In this document: positions 50,485 to 63,438 of the stretch, piece by piece
Layout: each line of letters begins with the position of its first letter
Numbering within the stretch: the first letter of the stretch is position 1
Origin: Felis catus
Taxonomy: Eukaryota
Length of the DNA: 64,000 nucleotides
Assembly: GCF_018350175.1 (NCBI RefSeq)
Contig: NC_058368.1
Coordinates: 107,324,001-107,388,000 of the forward strand
Direction of reading: 5' to 3'
The notes under the pieces: model-generated
What the model was told of the DNA's origin: nothing
Seen by the model: the letters and a program-made list of their open reading frames with translations, nothing else
Databases searched by the model: none
Program-made: the position numbers and the translations under genes

Positions 50485-51265
50485 GTGTGTGTTGGGGGGG
50501 GTGTTCCCCACACACACTACCAAGCAATTCTCTGGACACCAGCTAAGTGTCCCAAAGTTCAACTCAATTCTGACACTATCTACCTGGAGATATCATCAGA
50601 ATCCACAGAATGCAGGCTCAATCACACAAGACTATCCCGCCTCACTTTAGATGCCACTTGCAAGCCCAGTTTGTCACCTGTGCTTCTGACCAATCAGCTC
50701 AGATTCCCATGACCCCCTCCTTGGGTTCAATTAATTTGCCAAAGCAGCTCACAGAAGTTAGAGAAACATTTTGCTTACTAGATTACCAGTTTATTGTAAA
50801 GGGATGTAATTCAGGAACAGCCAGATGGAAGAGATGCATAGGACAAGGTGAGTGGGAAGGGACATGGAGCTTGATTGCCCTCTCCTGATACCTCCACATG
50901 TTCATCAACCTGGAAGCTTCTGAACTCAGGTCTTTTAGATTTTTATGGAGGCTTCATTATATGGGCCTGATTGATTAATTCATTTGCCACTGGTGATTGA
51001 TGCAATCTCCAGCCCTTCTTCCTTCCTCAGAGTTGCTGGGAAGAAGGGTTGGGCTAGAAGTTCTAATCCTTTAATCACACAGTTGGCTGCATTGGCAACC
51101 AGCATCCATCCTTAGGTTCAGTCCAAATATATCATTAAGAAAACAAAAGACAACTTTCCTGCTCTTATCACTTAGGAAATTCCAAGAGTTTTGGGAGCCC
51201 TGAGCCAGAAACCATGGGCAATGACCAAATACATATTCCTTATTGTAAATCACAATTTCATGTTA
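50485..51265. mobile_element. MER21-like LTR
   Basis: 'caccaagcaattctctggacaccagc...tcaactcaattctgacactatctacctggaga'-type text; related copy at 59605. Confidence 0.8.
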
Positions 51266-51999
51266 CTCTCCTCCATTAGGCATAGAAAATTTTTATGAGG
51301 AAGGCTGAATGCACTAGACTGTCCCTAGTGCACAATGCCTGTCTTAGTATTAATGTTCAGTACATTGATAGTTACTGCATGAATAGTCATTACCACTAGC
51401 ATAGCCCCTATAATTAGTTAAATTGCTCATCAATAAAATAATCTCTTTCAAAGCATTCTAACATATGGTTACCCAATTTTTGACCAAAGGTATTCAGGTA
51501 TAATTATGTTGCTACTTCTTGTGAAGTCCTTTAGTTGTTGGCTGTCTTTATTTGGTACCTAAGCATGCCTCATTATAGCTTCAACATCATGTCTAGGTTT
51601 TCTGGGGAAAAAAAAGTGTACAGACTGGTGCTTTTTTGTGGCACTTGTATTTTCTTCTCTCTCTTTTAAAAAATAATTATTTTAAGTTAAACCTTTTTTT
51701 TCAGATATTCAAAATATGACATGGTTATCAAACACTTAATTTTGGACAACTGCTTCTATGTCTTTTTTCAGATATCCTTTTTGAAATATGACATAGGAAT
51801 TGAAAACATTAGATAGGAAATGATCCGCATAAAGCATATTGGTTACATGGCCTCCATAATGTTGATTTAATAATTCTATTATAAGGGCAAATGTTTAATA
51901 TTGAACTACTGTTACTTACTGCTTAAAGTGCTATCACATCTTAACTATATCATCTGCTCTTTAGATTAAAAGGTCAGTGCCTTTTTAAAATAAACCTTC

Positions 52000-53980
52000 C
52001 TTTGATCCACGAGGCCTAATAACTGTTGATCAGTTTTCTCTTCCTATAGTTTTGCTCACTCAAGAGTGCCATGTAATTGGAATTATACAGTATTTGGCCC
52101 TTTGAGTCTGCCTTCTTTCTTAGCATAATACATTTCAAATTCTTCCATCTTGTTTCCTGTATTAGTAGTTTATATCTTCCTATTTTTTAATGGCATTCCT
52201 TTGTTAGTTTATTAGTTTATCAGCCAAAGGAAATCTGAATTATTTCCAACTTCTGGTAATTATGAATAAAGCTGTTATAAGCATCCACACATATAGTTTT
52301 ATTGCACTTGGATAAATCCCTAGGAGTAAGATTGATGGCTTCTGTGAATGGGATGTTCAGTTCTATAACAAATATCAAGATACTTTCCATTTTGCATTCC
52401 CATCAGTAGTGTTTGAGAATTCCAGTTGTTCAGTTAGAAAATTCTGTTTGCGAGGCGCCTGGGTGGCTCAGTCGGTTAAGCGTCTGACTTTGGCTCAGGT
52501 CATGATCTCAGGATTTGTGGGTTTGAGCCCTGTGTCCGGCTCTGTGCTGACAGCTCAGAGTCTGGAGCCTGCTTGGAATTCTGTGTCTCTTTATGTCTCT
52601 GTCCCTCCCCCACTCTGTCTCTCAAAACTGAATAAATGTTTAAAAAAAAAATTCTACTTGCACAACAGCCTCGCCAGCACTTGGTATCATCAGGTGTTAA
52701 TTTTTATAATTTTATTACAGTCATTCCAGTATGTGGTTGGTGACATCTTACTGATTTTCAATTTAATACTGATTTTAATGTTTAGCATAGTACATTATCT
52801 TTTCTAGTGATTATTTCCCATTCGTGTATCTTTTTGCTTTTTCACATCTCTTGTCCGCTTACTAATTGAATTATTTGTTTTCTTATTAAGAAGTTTTGAG
52901 AATTCTTTATATCTTCCGGATATATATGTACTTTTTTTTTAATGCAGGCTTTGCAGATATTTTCTCAGATTTTGTGACTTGTGTATTCTCTTTTTGAACA
53001 CTGTCTTGCAAAAAGAAGATTTCACATTTCTTTGAAGTCCATTTTGTCTACCATGCCTTTTCTTTTATGGATTGTGCTTTTGGTATCACATCTAAGAAAT
53101 CGTTTTTTCCTTTATTTTCTCTAGGGGTTATACAGTTCAATTTTAAATTTAAGTCTGTGGTCCATGGATAGATGTTTAAAGGTTTTTGCATATGAATGTC
53201 CATTGTCCAGCACTCTGTGTTAAAAACTATTTTCCATTGAATTTTCTTGGTCAAAAATTGATCTTTGTCAAAATCAGTTGACCGCATACATGTGAGGTTT
53301 ATTTTGGACTTATTTTCCTGTTCCATTTATCTTTGTGTTAATCCTTTTGCCAATACACAATGTCTTGATTGCTATAACTTGAGGGTAAGTGTTGATAGTT
53401 GTTGTTCCTCTACCTTTGCTTCTTACCAAAATTGTGTCAGCTATTCTAGATAGTCTGTTTTTCCATACAAATTTTAGTATCTAATTCCCAACTTCTGCAA
53501 AAAAATATTTTTTGCTGGGATTTTTTTTTTTTTTTTGTGATTGCATTATATCAGTTTTGGGAGAAATAGCACTATTGGGTCTTCTATATATGAATACAGT
53601 ATATATCACATATTTAGGTTCCCTTTGCTTTCTTAAGTGTCTTACAATGACCAGTACACTTGTTTTACTAAGAATTTATTAGATTAATATGTAAGTATTT
53701 CACATTTCTCTGTACTATATAAAAAGCATTTTTTAAAGTTTCAATTTCTGGTTGTTCATTGCTGGTACATAAAAATACAGTTGATTTTGTACATTGACTT
53801 TACATTTTACTACCTTGCTAAAACCCCTAATTAATCCTAATAGCTTTTTTGCTTTGGTAGGCTTATTGGAATTATCTACATAGGCAATCATATCAGCTCT
53901 CAGTAGAGACAGTTTTTTATTCTGCCTTTTATTTCCTTTTTGCATGCCTCTTTGCATTGACTAGACTCTCAGTAAAATCC
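52000..53980 (-). mobile_element. Old LINE-1 (L1M) 3' half
   Basis: ORF pieces ADMIAYVDN..KKLLGLIRGFSKV and DFLDVIPKAQSIKEK. Confidence 0.85.
52450..52650 (+). mobile_element. Can-SINE nested in L1
   Basis: tRNA head, A tail. Confidence 0.92.
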
Positions 53981-53989
53981 AGAGTAAGT

Positions 53990-54203
53990 TTTATTGATGA
54001 TAAAAAAGATATCTGTAACTTGGACCACTGAATTTTCTGTTGAAAGACTCAAATTTGGATATCCTTTGATGATAGGCTGTTTTTAGAGAAGTTTCTGTTA
54101 TTACATGTGCACATCAAACTTCTTTGTTCCTTCTACCCGCATTCTGTGATATTTGCTATTCACAAAAGCTGGACAGAAACCTTGGATAATGCAGCAAAAA
54201 GTT
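53990..54203 (-). pseudogene. Candidate relic exon (donor not found; abuts L1)
   Basis: tgtcttgcttttaag|AAC; 104-nt intron from the exon at 54308. Confidence 0.4.
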
Positions 54204-54307
54204 CTTAAAAGCAAGACATGACAATTTGCATTTAAAATTAATAAACACCAAAGATACCAACCCTGCTCATTCATCTCAGTTTAATGTAGGGAGATTTAAC
54301 CACTTAC

Positions 54308-54385
54308 CTTAACCTTTTGTACAAAGAAGAACAATTGGAATATTACCCAAAAGTGTTTATATTTGAAATAACATTGAAATGGATT
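54308..54385 (-). pseudogene. Candidate relic exon (78 nt)
   Basis: tattttccccacag|AAT...AAG|gtaagt; near-perfect splice sites. Confidence 0.6.
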
Positions 54386-54889
54386 CTGTGGGGAAAATAG
54401 TCTGTCAGCGCTCTGGCAAGGGCAAGGCCTCCATGAGTGGGAACTGTCAATACTCTGCCTTCAGGAACATTACTGAGTGTGACATTTGAAATAAATTTAG
54501 CAAAAGAAAAATAATGATAGGGTGTTCAAAGATACTTTGTACTATTTGTCTAAAAGGCTTCCAAGAACACTGAACAGTTATAGCTCTTTTTATAATGTGT
54601 ATTATCAAATACACTTAAAACTATCCTAAATATTATTAGCAGATTAGTTACTGCTCCAGGCTTGTAAAGGACTGCATGACAGACCTTTTCTAAAGCCATC
54701 ATTTTTTTTTTTTGTTCTTATAACCATATAAAAACTGAGGAGCAAAATGCTTTCAAGAATTGTCAAACATCCACACATTTACTTCCTTCAAAGGTAAAAC
54801 AAAATAGAAAAATGATCAAGTACAAAATGGTAAAATTGAAAAATGGAGACTTTTGAGTAGCTCTCATGGGTAAAACCTTGTTTATTTAA

Positions 54890-55530
54890 ATCATATATTT
54901 TAAAATTAATTCTTGGGGGATAATTTTAACTTCATAGAAAATTTACGAAGATCATATGGAGAGATCCTGCGTATGCTTCAGTTAGTTTCTCCTCTTGTTC
55001 CTGACTTACGTAACCATGAAACGTTTATTCAGATTAAGAAACAAATACTAGTACATGAGTATTAACTGAAGACATAATTTTGATTTCAACAGTTTTTCCA
55101 CCAACATCTTTTCTGTGTTCCAGGATTCAATCCAAGATATCAAATCGTACTTAGTTGTCGTGTCTCTTCATTGTCCTCTGATTAGTGACAGTTTCTCAGA
55201 CTGTCCTTGTTTTTTACGACCTTAACAGTTTTGAAGAGTCCAGCAAGTTTCCTTGCTTTATAAGTTTGACAGTTTAAGGAGTCAGGTTCATAGAATGTGC
55301 CTCAGTTTTGAATTGTCTGGTGTCTGTTGCATGATTTGACTGGGCTGTATGAGTTTTGGGAAAGAGGTGAAGTGTTCTCCTCACATCATGTTAGGCGATA
55401 CAAGACATCACTGATGATGTTAAACTTGGTCACTTGGTTGAGGTAGTGTCTGCTCATTTTCTCCACTATGAAGTTACTATTTTCTCTTTTCATACTTTGT
55501 TCTTGGAAGCAAGTGACTAATTCCAACCTA
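54890..55530 (-). mobile_element. L1MC-like 3' end
   Basis: Reverse-complement-related to the 45425-46320 text ('gtgacagtttctcagact'). Confidence 0.75.
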
Positions 55531-57559
55531 TAAACTATATTTCAAATATACGTATTTTGAATATTCAAAGAACTTCACCAGTACCGGGCAAAAAGTTCAT
55601 TGTATTCCTGTTGTCTTCATATGAAAAAGGAGAGCAAAGACACCACCAGGATTCTTGACAGTTAAAATGCTGAAAGCAAGGATGAACTAGAATTTCAACT
55701 GCATGACTTCTTTTTGTCATTGTTAATTTCTCAGGCTTTTGCCACACTTCTAATGAATTTACCAATAATTCAGTAACTGTAAGATTTCTAGGATTGAACA
55801 TTCAGTATCCCTGCCTAACAAAGTGCCTTTCATGCTGTAAACTAAATAAGTAATTTTATTATTCATTCATTCATTCATTCATTCACTTGAAACAGTACTA
55901 AGCCAGTGATACAAATAGTGCAGTAAATACATCTATCTGGGGAGTAAATGGAAAAAAAATAGGATTGAAGAACGTTCTATATTGTAAAAGAATATGTAGG
56001 TTTTTTAGAACAGGTGGTTCAAGAATAAAAAGCAGTGTATTTAAAAGTTTGGCCTAAGCAAGATGCTTTCATGGTTAAGTTTGCTACCTCAGTACTCTCT
56101 GAGAATTTGGTAAATAAAATTACCAAATTTTCTGAGAATATGGCAAATTGCTGAGACTATATTAAAGAAAATTTCTAATGCTTTGTTAAAGTTACCACAT
56201 GTATTTCAAGTCATAAATCATCATGATTTATTATAAAGGATGGACTAATAACTCATTAGTTTAATTGCTTGATTTTATATACCGTTTTAATGATCTTCTT
56301 AAGGAAACTTGTATACTTTAAATCTATGATCAACATAATTGGTTAGTAGAATTGGGTAAGATGCATTGATGATCTGCAAGATTTCTTGACTCAGGATTCA
56401 AGTCCCATGACAAAAGGAATACTATAATGTAACTAGTCTCAATAGTAACACATGTGGCTAATGATTTGTCTGAAAGGTACTACAAGTAGCACTTATTCAT
56501 AGCATTGAACTGCAGCTATTCAAATATATATTAATGCCGTTCTTTGATCAAGTAATAAATATCAAAGAAAAAGCTTCCAGAAGCTTTGCAATCATTGGTC
56601 TCTTTGATAATTAAGTTATTAAAATTCCAAAAATATTGCTGTAATACAATCTAATGCTTCATTAAGTGAGCTACAATGTGGGGATGGAGAAATCATGGCC
56701 TTTCAACATACTCTAGTGTATTCAGTTCATATCTGAAATACCATATTACAGCTATAGATAATTATAAGAGGGAAAAATATTGTCAAATTTCTGTTCATTC
56801 TACATTCTCCTTTTGTGAAAACACTCACTCCCACCTTCAATCCATAGGTGAATTCCTGCTGTCAAGGTAGTTGACCAAATCAGTAGATATCAATCCATAG
56901 TCTAAGCTAAGCTAATTATATGCTTCCTCTGGGAATTTGGTATTAGGACACAAAGTCTAAATTATTTGTTGGTCAGTTCAACACAACACAAAAAGTGATG
57001 TAAAACTGCATCTGAGTCAATCATGCTGGTCTGAGAGGATGTTTTGCTGGAGCAAGAGGACCAGAGAAATCTCTCTTCAGAGAGAGTGGTGATTGAATCT
57101 GATCCACTGAGAAAAGCAGAGGTGAAAGAAATCCTGATAGTAAGAAGACACAATAAAGCACAAATGCCTCTATTCCTGGTGGCTTTTATTCCCTGTTAAA
57201 ATCTTCAAGGAACATGTCTGCCCTTCTCGTGTAGTCTTTGATATATCCATGTAATTTTCTAAGAATTCTCCCCCCCTTTTTTTTGTTTAAACAAACTGTG
57301 TTTTGTTCTTTTCTTTAGTACAAAAAATTACCACCTAAATAGAAAAAAAATGGACTAATCCATTTATCCTTCAAACAATAGAAAGTGTGTAAATCAGAGG
57401 GCAAGAAGAGGGAAGAGAGTACGGTAACTCTAATGGCTAAAAGGCTTTCACATCATGCTCCAGATTTGAAATAAATAAATACATTTGAATCAAGAGATGG
57501 AAGTTCCAGTTAGAGAAATAGATTCAGGCTTAAAATAATGTAAAAATATACCAACATTT

Positions 57560-58820
57560 TGAGAGTAATCAAAAAAATGAGAAGACCTTCCTCATGCTCT
57601 CTAGATTTGTTCTGTTTGGGAGCAAGAATGTCCTGTCCCTTTCAAGTTGTTTCTAGTTGGACTAAGAATCAAATTGACCTGAGACAGATTAATGGGAGAA
57701 AATCAAATTTAATAGTGTATGTAACAGGAATCCACACAGACATGGAAATTCCTAAGACAGGCAATATGAGGTGTATAGTCATCCTGAACGGAAGAGAAGG
57801 CGTTAGGTGTCTGGGACTTCAGAGGAATGGAATGCAGTATACAGGGCAAGAAGAAGGGCAGATTCTTGGTAATTCCATGTGTGCCCTAACATACCAATGG
57901 GTCACTGGGTAAAATTTATCTCTGCTAATAACCCCTATTCTGGGAAGGACCCTCAATTTAGATTCTTCTCTGTAGTTAAGGGAGAGGCAAAAGTTTCTCT
58001 TGAGACTGATGAGGGAGCATAAGGTAGGCTGAGAGCAAAATACAAGCTAGCACACACACCCCTCCACCCACCCCAGGTGGGATATGTGTGATATTCCTCA
58101 GATATTCCTGGCTGCACAAGGACAAAGGAAAGGAAAGAAAACAAATGGCCAACTGATACAGATCACAGTTATACAGGACATGGGTGTCCATCAGTTTACA
58201 AATATCTTAGTAAACTACAAGAAAAAGGGAATCTTATCAATAGCCTCATCTCCAGAAACCTGTAGACTTCAGTTCCTGGAGCCCCGCATCACACCTCTAC
58301 AGTGATAAGGGGAACGAAGCCAAGAAGGAAATGGCAGGTAAAATTAAATTTCTCTATTACCTGCAGCCCATTGACAGATAAGAGGAAGGCAGGATAAAAT
58401 GTTTCTCTTGGAACTCCCTACTGTCTTAATGTTAATGCCTTACTAGAGAGAAAACAACCTTAGCTTGACAATAACAAGGCCTCACGTATTTTAGGAGTCC
58501 TCTTTAGCATATCAAAGTCCTTTTGGAGGCCTCCCCTTTTTTTTTTTTACCTCCCCCAACTCCATAGTATATAACCAGTCACTCTTCACAATCCCAGTGC
58601 AGCTCTTTTTGCCCAGGGGTCCTTTCCCCATACTTTAATAAAATCACCTTTTTGCACCAAAGATGTCTTCAAGAATTCTTTCTTGGTCATTGTCTCTGGA
58701 CCCCCTTCCATCACCCCAAAACCTCATTAAGTCTGTAGGGTCTCTATTGTCTTCAGCTCAGAATAATCTTCATAATAAAGTCGCCTAGCTTGGGGGGGGT
58801 AGCCTGCCATTGGCCCCTAC
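57560..58820. mobile_element. Nested ERV1-class LTRs: MER34-like outer element with an inner LTR at 58303-58728
   Basis: Outer end 'cttcagctcagaataatctt...cccctaca'; inner LTR shares blocks with 22587-23023. Confidence 0.65.
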
Positions 58821-58830
58821 ATTTTCTTAC

Positions 58831-59059
58831 CAGGAGTCTTCCAGAAAAGACTGCAGGCATCCACCCTGGAATGTGTTACACTGAGCGAGAAGCTTTCCTG
58901 AGTTCTAAGTATGCTATGACTGTAAGTGATGATAAAATGATTCATCTGTTTTGGCCATTTCTGGAGGATGCTTAATGATGTTGCACAGGAAAGATGTAAA
59001 AATGAGGAAGCTTATTTTCATTTCAAATGAAAAGAAAAAAAAATCCTTTTCTCCAAAAA
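58831..59059 (-). pseudogene. Candidate relic exon (229 nt)
   Basis: tcttttctttcttgtag|TTT...CTG|gtaaga; e.g. LSILQKWPKQMNHFIITYSHSILRTQESFSLSVTHSRVDACSLFWKTP. Confidence 0.55.
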
Positions 59060-59604
59060 CTACAAGAAAGAAAAGATCCTTCCCTCCTATAACTGTACAG
59101 AGAAAATACATTCATTGTAACAAAGATTGCTCATAATAAAACACTGAGGTCAGAAAGCCAGAGCTGAAACATAGTCATAGTCCTTTCTGGAGAGGATAAA
59201 TAAAGTTCTGCTTCTATAAACCTGTCCATAAGGAAATTCTAACAATTATCCGATACAGGAATAATGGCTGTGAAGAATAAAGTATCTATTTTGGTCAAGT
59301 CTAGAGCCTCTATAGATCAAGGTCTTTCTGGAGCCCCCTACACCTCCCCAAAATAGAGTACAGAGACTCTTCACCTAACCATTTCAATTAAGGATTGTCA
59401 CTGATGCCTTAGTATAGAATGTGTGGATGTTGATACCAGAATCCACTAAATAGTCTTTGTAACTTGAATTCATTAGTATGTATCAACAAAATGTTTATAG
59501 CTCTTCTTGCATAAAATTAGTATTGTGCATCTAATTAAGTCTTCATAGAGTCCTAAATCAGTGAGTCATAAGTTAAATACTAACAATTCTAGTCATTTCC
59601 AATG

Positions 59605-60360
59605 TGTATTTCGGTAGGGGTGATCCTACGCCACCAAGCAATTCTCTAGCACCATCTTGAGATTCAACTCAATCCTGATGCTACCTGGAGATAGCATCAG
59701 ATCTCACAGGTTAAAGTTTATCCTACAAGACTGTACCCTTCCCTCCAACTTCAGACACGAGTCACAATTCCAGGTTGTTACCTATGCTGCTGACTGACCG
59801 ACCATAGATTGGAAGTTCCAGCCACCCCTTCCATGGGTTGAAACAATATGCTAGAGCAGATGACAAGACTCAAACATTTTACTTAATAAATTACTGGTTT
59901 ATTGTAAAAGGATATAACTCAGGAACAGCCAGATGGAAGAGACGCATAGGGCAATGGGGAAAGGGCATGGAGCATTCATAAGTGCTCCCAGTACCTCCAT
60001 GTGTTCACTAGCCCAGAAGATCTCCAGATTCCATCCTTTTTTGTTTTAATGGAGGCTTCATTACATATTCACAATTGATTAGATCATTGGCCATTGGCAG
60101 TTGATTCAGTCTTCAGCCCCCTGTCCCCTCTTCCTCAGGGTTGGTGTGGGGTGTTGTGACTGAAATTTCCAACCCTCTAAGGACATGGTTGAGTCCTTTG
60201 GTAACCAACCCCCAATTTTAGGTGTCTGTGTCTCTTCATTAACATAACAAAAGACACCTTGATGGCTCTTACTACTGAGGAAATTCCAAGGGTTTTAGGA
60301 GCTCTATGCCAGAAATAGAGACAAAGACCAAATATATATACTTCTTATCACAATATCACA
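59605..60360. mobile_element. MER21-like LTR
   Basis: Same family and orientation as 50485-51265. Confidence 0.8.
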
Positions 60361-60388
60361 AATACTATCTTGGTTAATTGTACCTTAC

Positions 60389-60478
60389 CAGTCTGTTAGA
60401 TTCTGTACATGCTTCCCAAGAGTGGGTCTTATGTAAGGAGCATTCTTGTGCGTTTATTTGGCTCTGTCTGGTATAAAA
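60389..60478 (-). pseudogene. Candidate relic exon (90 nt)
   Basis: aatttttttccag|TTT...CTG|gtaagg. Confidence 0.55.
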
Positions 60479-60836
60479 CTGGAAAAAAATTCTGAAAAAA
60501 ATTTTCTGTGATAAAGCAAAATTTTAAGTTTAGGTATATTAAAGAAGACGTTTCTAAAACTAGTCCTTTGGAGATGTGGATTTCTTCCTCAGGCAAACCT
60601 CCCACTGAGAACCAGTCCTGGAATGAATTCTTTTGAGGCAGACTCACTTTTTTTGTTTGTTTAAGTTACTTGACAATAATATTAACCCCACTTCTTCCAG
60701 CTTTCTGATGAAACATGTTACACATCTCAGAGATAATTTAACTTTACTAAGGGGTGACAGATTTGATAGGACTACGTCAATAAGTTTTTAAAACATATTA
60801 AGGAAAGTTTGATCCTGTGAAAGAGTTGGAGTTTAC

Positions 60837-60967
60837 CAGTGGCTTCAAAATCACTGATTCAAAAAGCCAAAGAATAATAGGGCATTTCGTGAGCCTGATG
60901 CATATGGACCTCAGGTTACATTTAAGTAACAACATCTCAGTAAGAACGGACTAAAGTGGTTTAATAC
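60837..60967 (-). pseudogene. Candidate relic exon
   Basis: tatttattacag|GTA...CTG|gtaaac; alternative donor gtgagt near 60647. Confidence 0.35.
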
Positions 60968-61836
60968 CTGTAATAAATAATCATCTATTGACCCAAGAAC
61001 TCTCCTAATCCTGGTGAGATTCCTAACTCAGTCTTACCCTCTCAGTTTTTCACTGCTCAAAATTTTTGTGAATTTCAAACTCTGATAATTGCTTTTCTTG
61101 TCATTGCCTTAGGCACTCTGTGACAGCACTGGATAGAGTACAGGAAGTGCAACAGAACTAGTATTTATTTAGTTCCTAACTTGCTCTAGGCTTTAGTGTC
61201 TGCAATTTCAGAATGGCCTTTGCAAGGTGAATAGAATTCACCCATTAGGATTTGATAGTGTATGAGCAGTATTTGAGAGTAAATAACATTATTTATTTAT
61301 TAACTTTAAATTGTTATTAATGCTTCATGTTACTTGCTTTAAAATAGTTCTCATTATTTCTTAGTAAAGAATTTGTGTTGGCAATTTGGTTATGTCAATC
61401 ATTTTCAGGCTTCTTGACACAAATTTATTTAAATAAAATAAAATGTATTTCATAGTCTTTATTTGGTGTCCTATAATTTACACCATATTTACACTCCTGT
61501 CAAATTTTCCATCTTCACAACACATGTTGGAGTACAGGACAGTGTGGGAGAGGACCAAGTCTGAATATCACCTACCTTAGTAGATTATGAGCAAACTCTT
61601 CAAAGCAGAAGGACACATATTTTCTACTTTATCTCCTCAGAACCTGGTTGAATTCTTAGCAGAGAATAGGCTCTCATTAAGAGTCTTATGTATGAATATA
61701 CAATGAGTCATTTCTATTGCCGTTTTATTTTATAGATGCATATAATCACAAGTGCACATTTTTGTGTATTTTAAAATTCTGCCCCAAGTCTCAATTCTGA
61801 TTTCTAGAACCACATCTTAAAATGTACTTGTTCTTA

Positions 61837-62050
61837 GGAGCACCTGGGTGGCTCAGTTGGTGAGGCGTCTGACTTTGGCTCAGGTCATGATCTTGCAGTT
61901 CACGAGTTTGAGCCCCACATCCAGCTGTGTGCTGGCAGCTCAGAGCCTGAAGCTGCTTTGGATTCTGTGTCTCCCTCTCTCTCTGACCCTCCCCTGCTCA
62001 CTCTGTATGTCTCTCTTGAAATAAATCAATCAGCTTTTTTAAAAAAAAAG
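61837..62050 (+). mobile_element. Can-SINE
   Basis: tRNA head, CT tract, A tail. Confidence 0.92.
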
Positions 62051-62332
62051 TGCTTGCTCTCACACAGTAGTAGTGGAAGAAGGAGTAGCATCAATACCAG
62101 AGTGATTCAGAGTTTTGCCAAATGACTCTTTGCTTTGTAGGAATGGGCGTATAAATAGGGAGGAGTGTTTGGTAAGGAGAGGTTCATCTTATTTGTATTG
62201 GTCCAGAAAATATGTGGAATACATAGGATGGCTGAGAGATTAGGAGGAAATAGAGAAAGGTTGGGGTTAGTAGTTATTGTGATATAAAATGAATGGTGGA
62301 ATTTGGGACCTAAGAGGGTAAAAAGATAGAGA

Positions 62333-62508
62333 TGAGGGACACCTGGGTGGCTCAGTCAGTTGAGCGTCCGACTTTGGCTCTGGTCGTGATCTCGGCGGTC
62401 TGTGAGTTCGAGCCCCGCATCGGGCTCTGTGCTGACAGCCCAGAGCCTGGAGCCTCCTTCTCATTCTGTGTCTCCCTCTCTCTGCCCCCCCCCCCCACTC
62501 ATGCTCTG

Positions 62509-62547
<39 letters not shown>

Positions 62548-62570
62548 AATAAACATTAAAAAAATTTTTT
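62333..62570 (+). mobile_element. Can-SINE
   Basis: tRNA head, (CT)n, A tail. Confidence 0.93.
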
Positions 62571-62639
62571 TTAAAGAAAAAGATGAAAGAATGATGTGTT
62601 TAAGTTTTTTGATATAATGTGTTATAACAAATGTATTGT

Positions 62640-63300
62640 TAATGTATTCATTTATTTAATAACTGTTTAAAAACCTAATCTATACCAGATGCTATGCTAA
62701 TTGTTGATAACATAATGTTCAACCCTGGAGATACTATAATAAGCTAAAGGAGCTTATTCTGTAGGGTGTCCTGGGTAATAGCAAGGTTGGAATTGAGGAT
62801 GTATGTGTGAGTAGCTATAGTTAGAATGGGGCTGAAGATTCCTGGACCTGAAGAAGTGAATAAATTGGAGAGAAGATCTGTAACAGAGAATAAAGGGGGA
62901 GTGTTGAATCAGCTGCCCAAAATATGGGGTAAACTTCAGAACAGAAGTTTAGGAGGGTATTATGCTATAGATCCCAGTGATAGAATCTCATAAATTTAGG
63001 GATTTTAGCTTGAGGCATGGGCAGTGATCCAGGGAAAAATAGCAATCATGTGCAGACTACCAGTCTTATCCTAACCTGAGTCTTGAGGTAACTAAGGTAA
63101 AGAAGGTTGAACGGCCCCTTCAGCAGAAAATTGCAGAGTAAGTAAAGTTCAGTTAAGCTGAGGAAGGGCACTAATCATTTGATGCACTGAGTAAAGATGG
63201 CAGAAAAGGAAATCTTGGCAAGGTAGGAAACAGCGCTAGAGGAAGACATTGTGCTCTGTCCTCCATGAAGTAAGAGTTGCTGGATTTTTCCAATCATGTA
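62640..63300. mobile_element. L2 remnants
   Basis: 'tattcatttatttaataac...ccagatgctatgcta' L2 3'-type text. Confidence 0.45.
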
Positions 63301-63438
63301 TTTTCACTCTTGAGCTACATGAGTGTATCTAGTGGACTCAGTTTTGTTAGTTAATACTGAATTAAATTCTCTGGAAGAAAGAATTTCTTTCTTTAAAAAA
63401 AATGTACATCTCAATCAAAATGCCTATCCAGTATGTTT

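Noticed and set aside
50485..60360. Two same-orientation MER21-like LTRs as ends of one provirus
   Set aside because: The interior holds L1s and relic exons with no gag/pol, and the copies are clearly diverged
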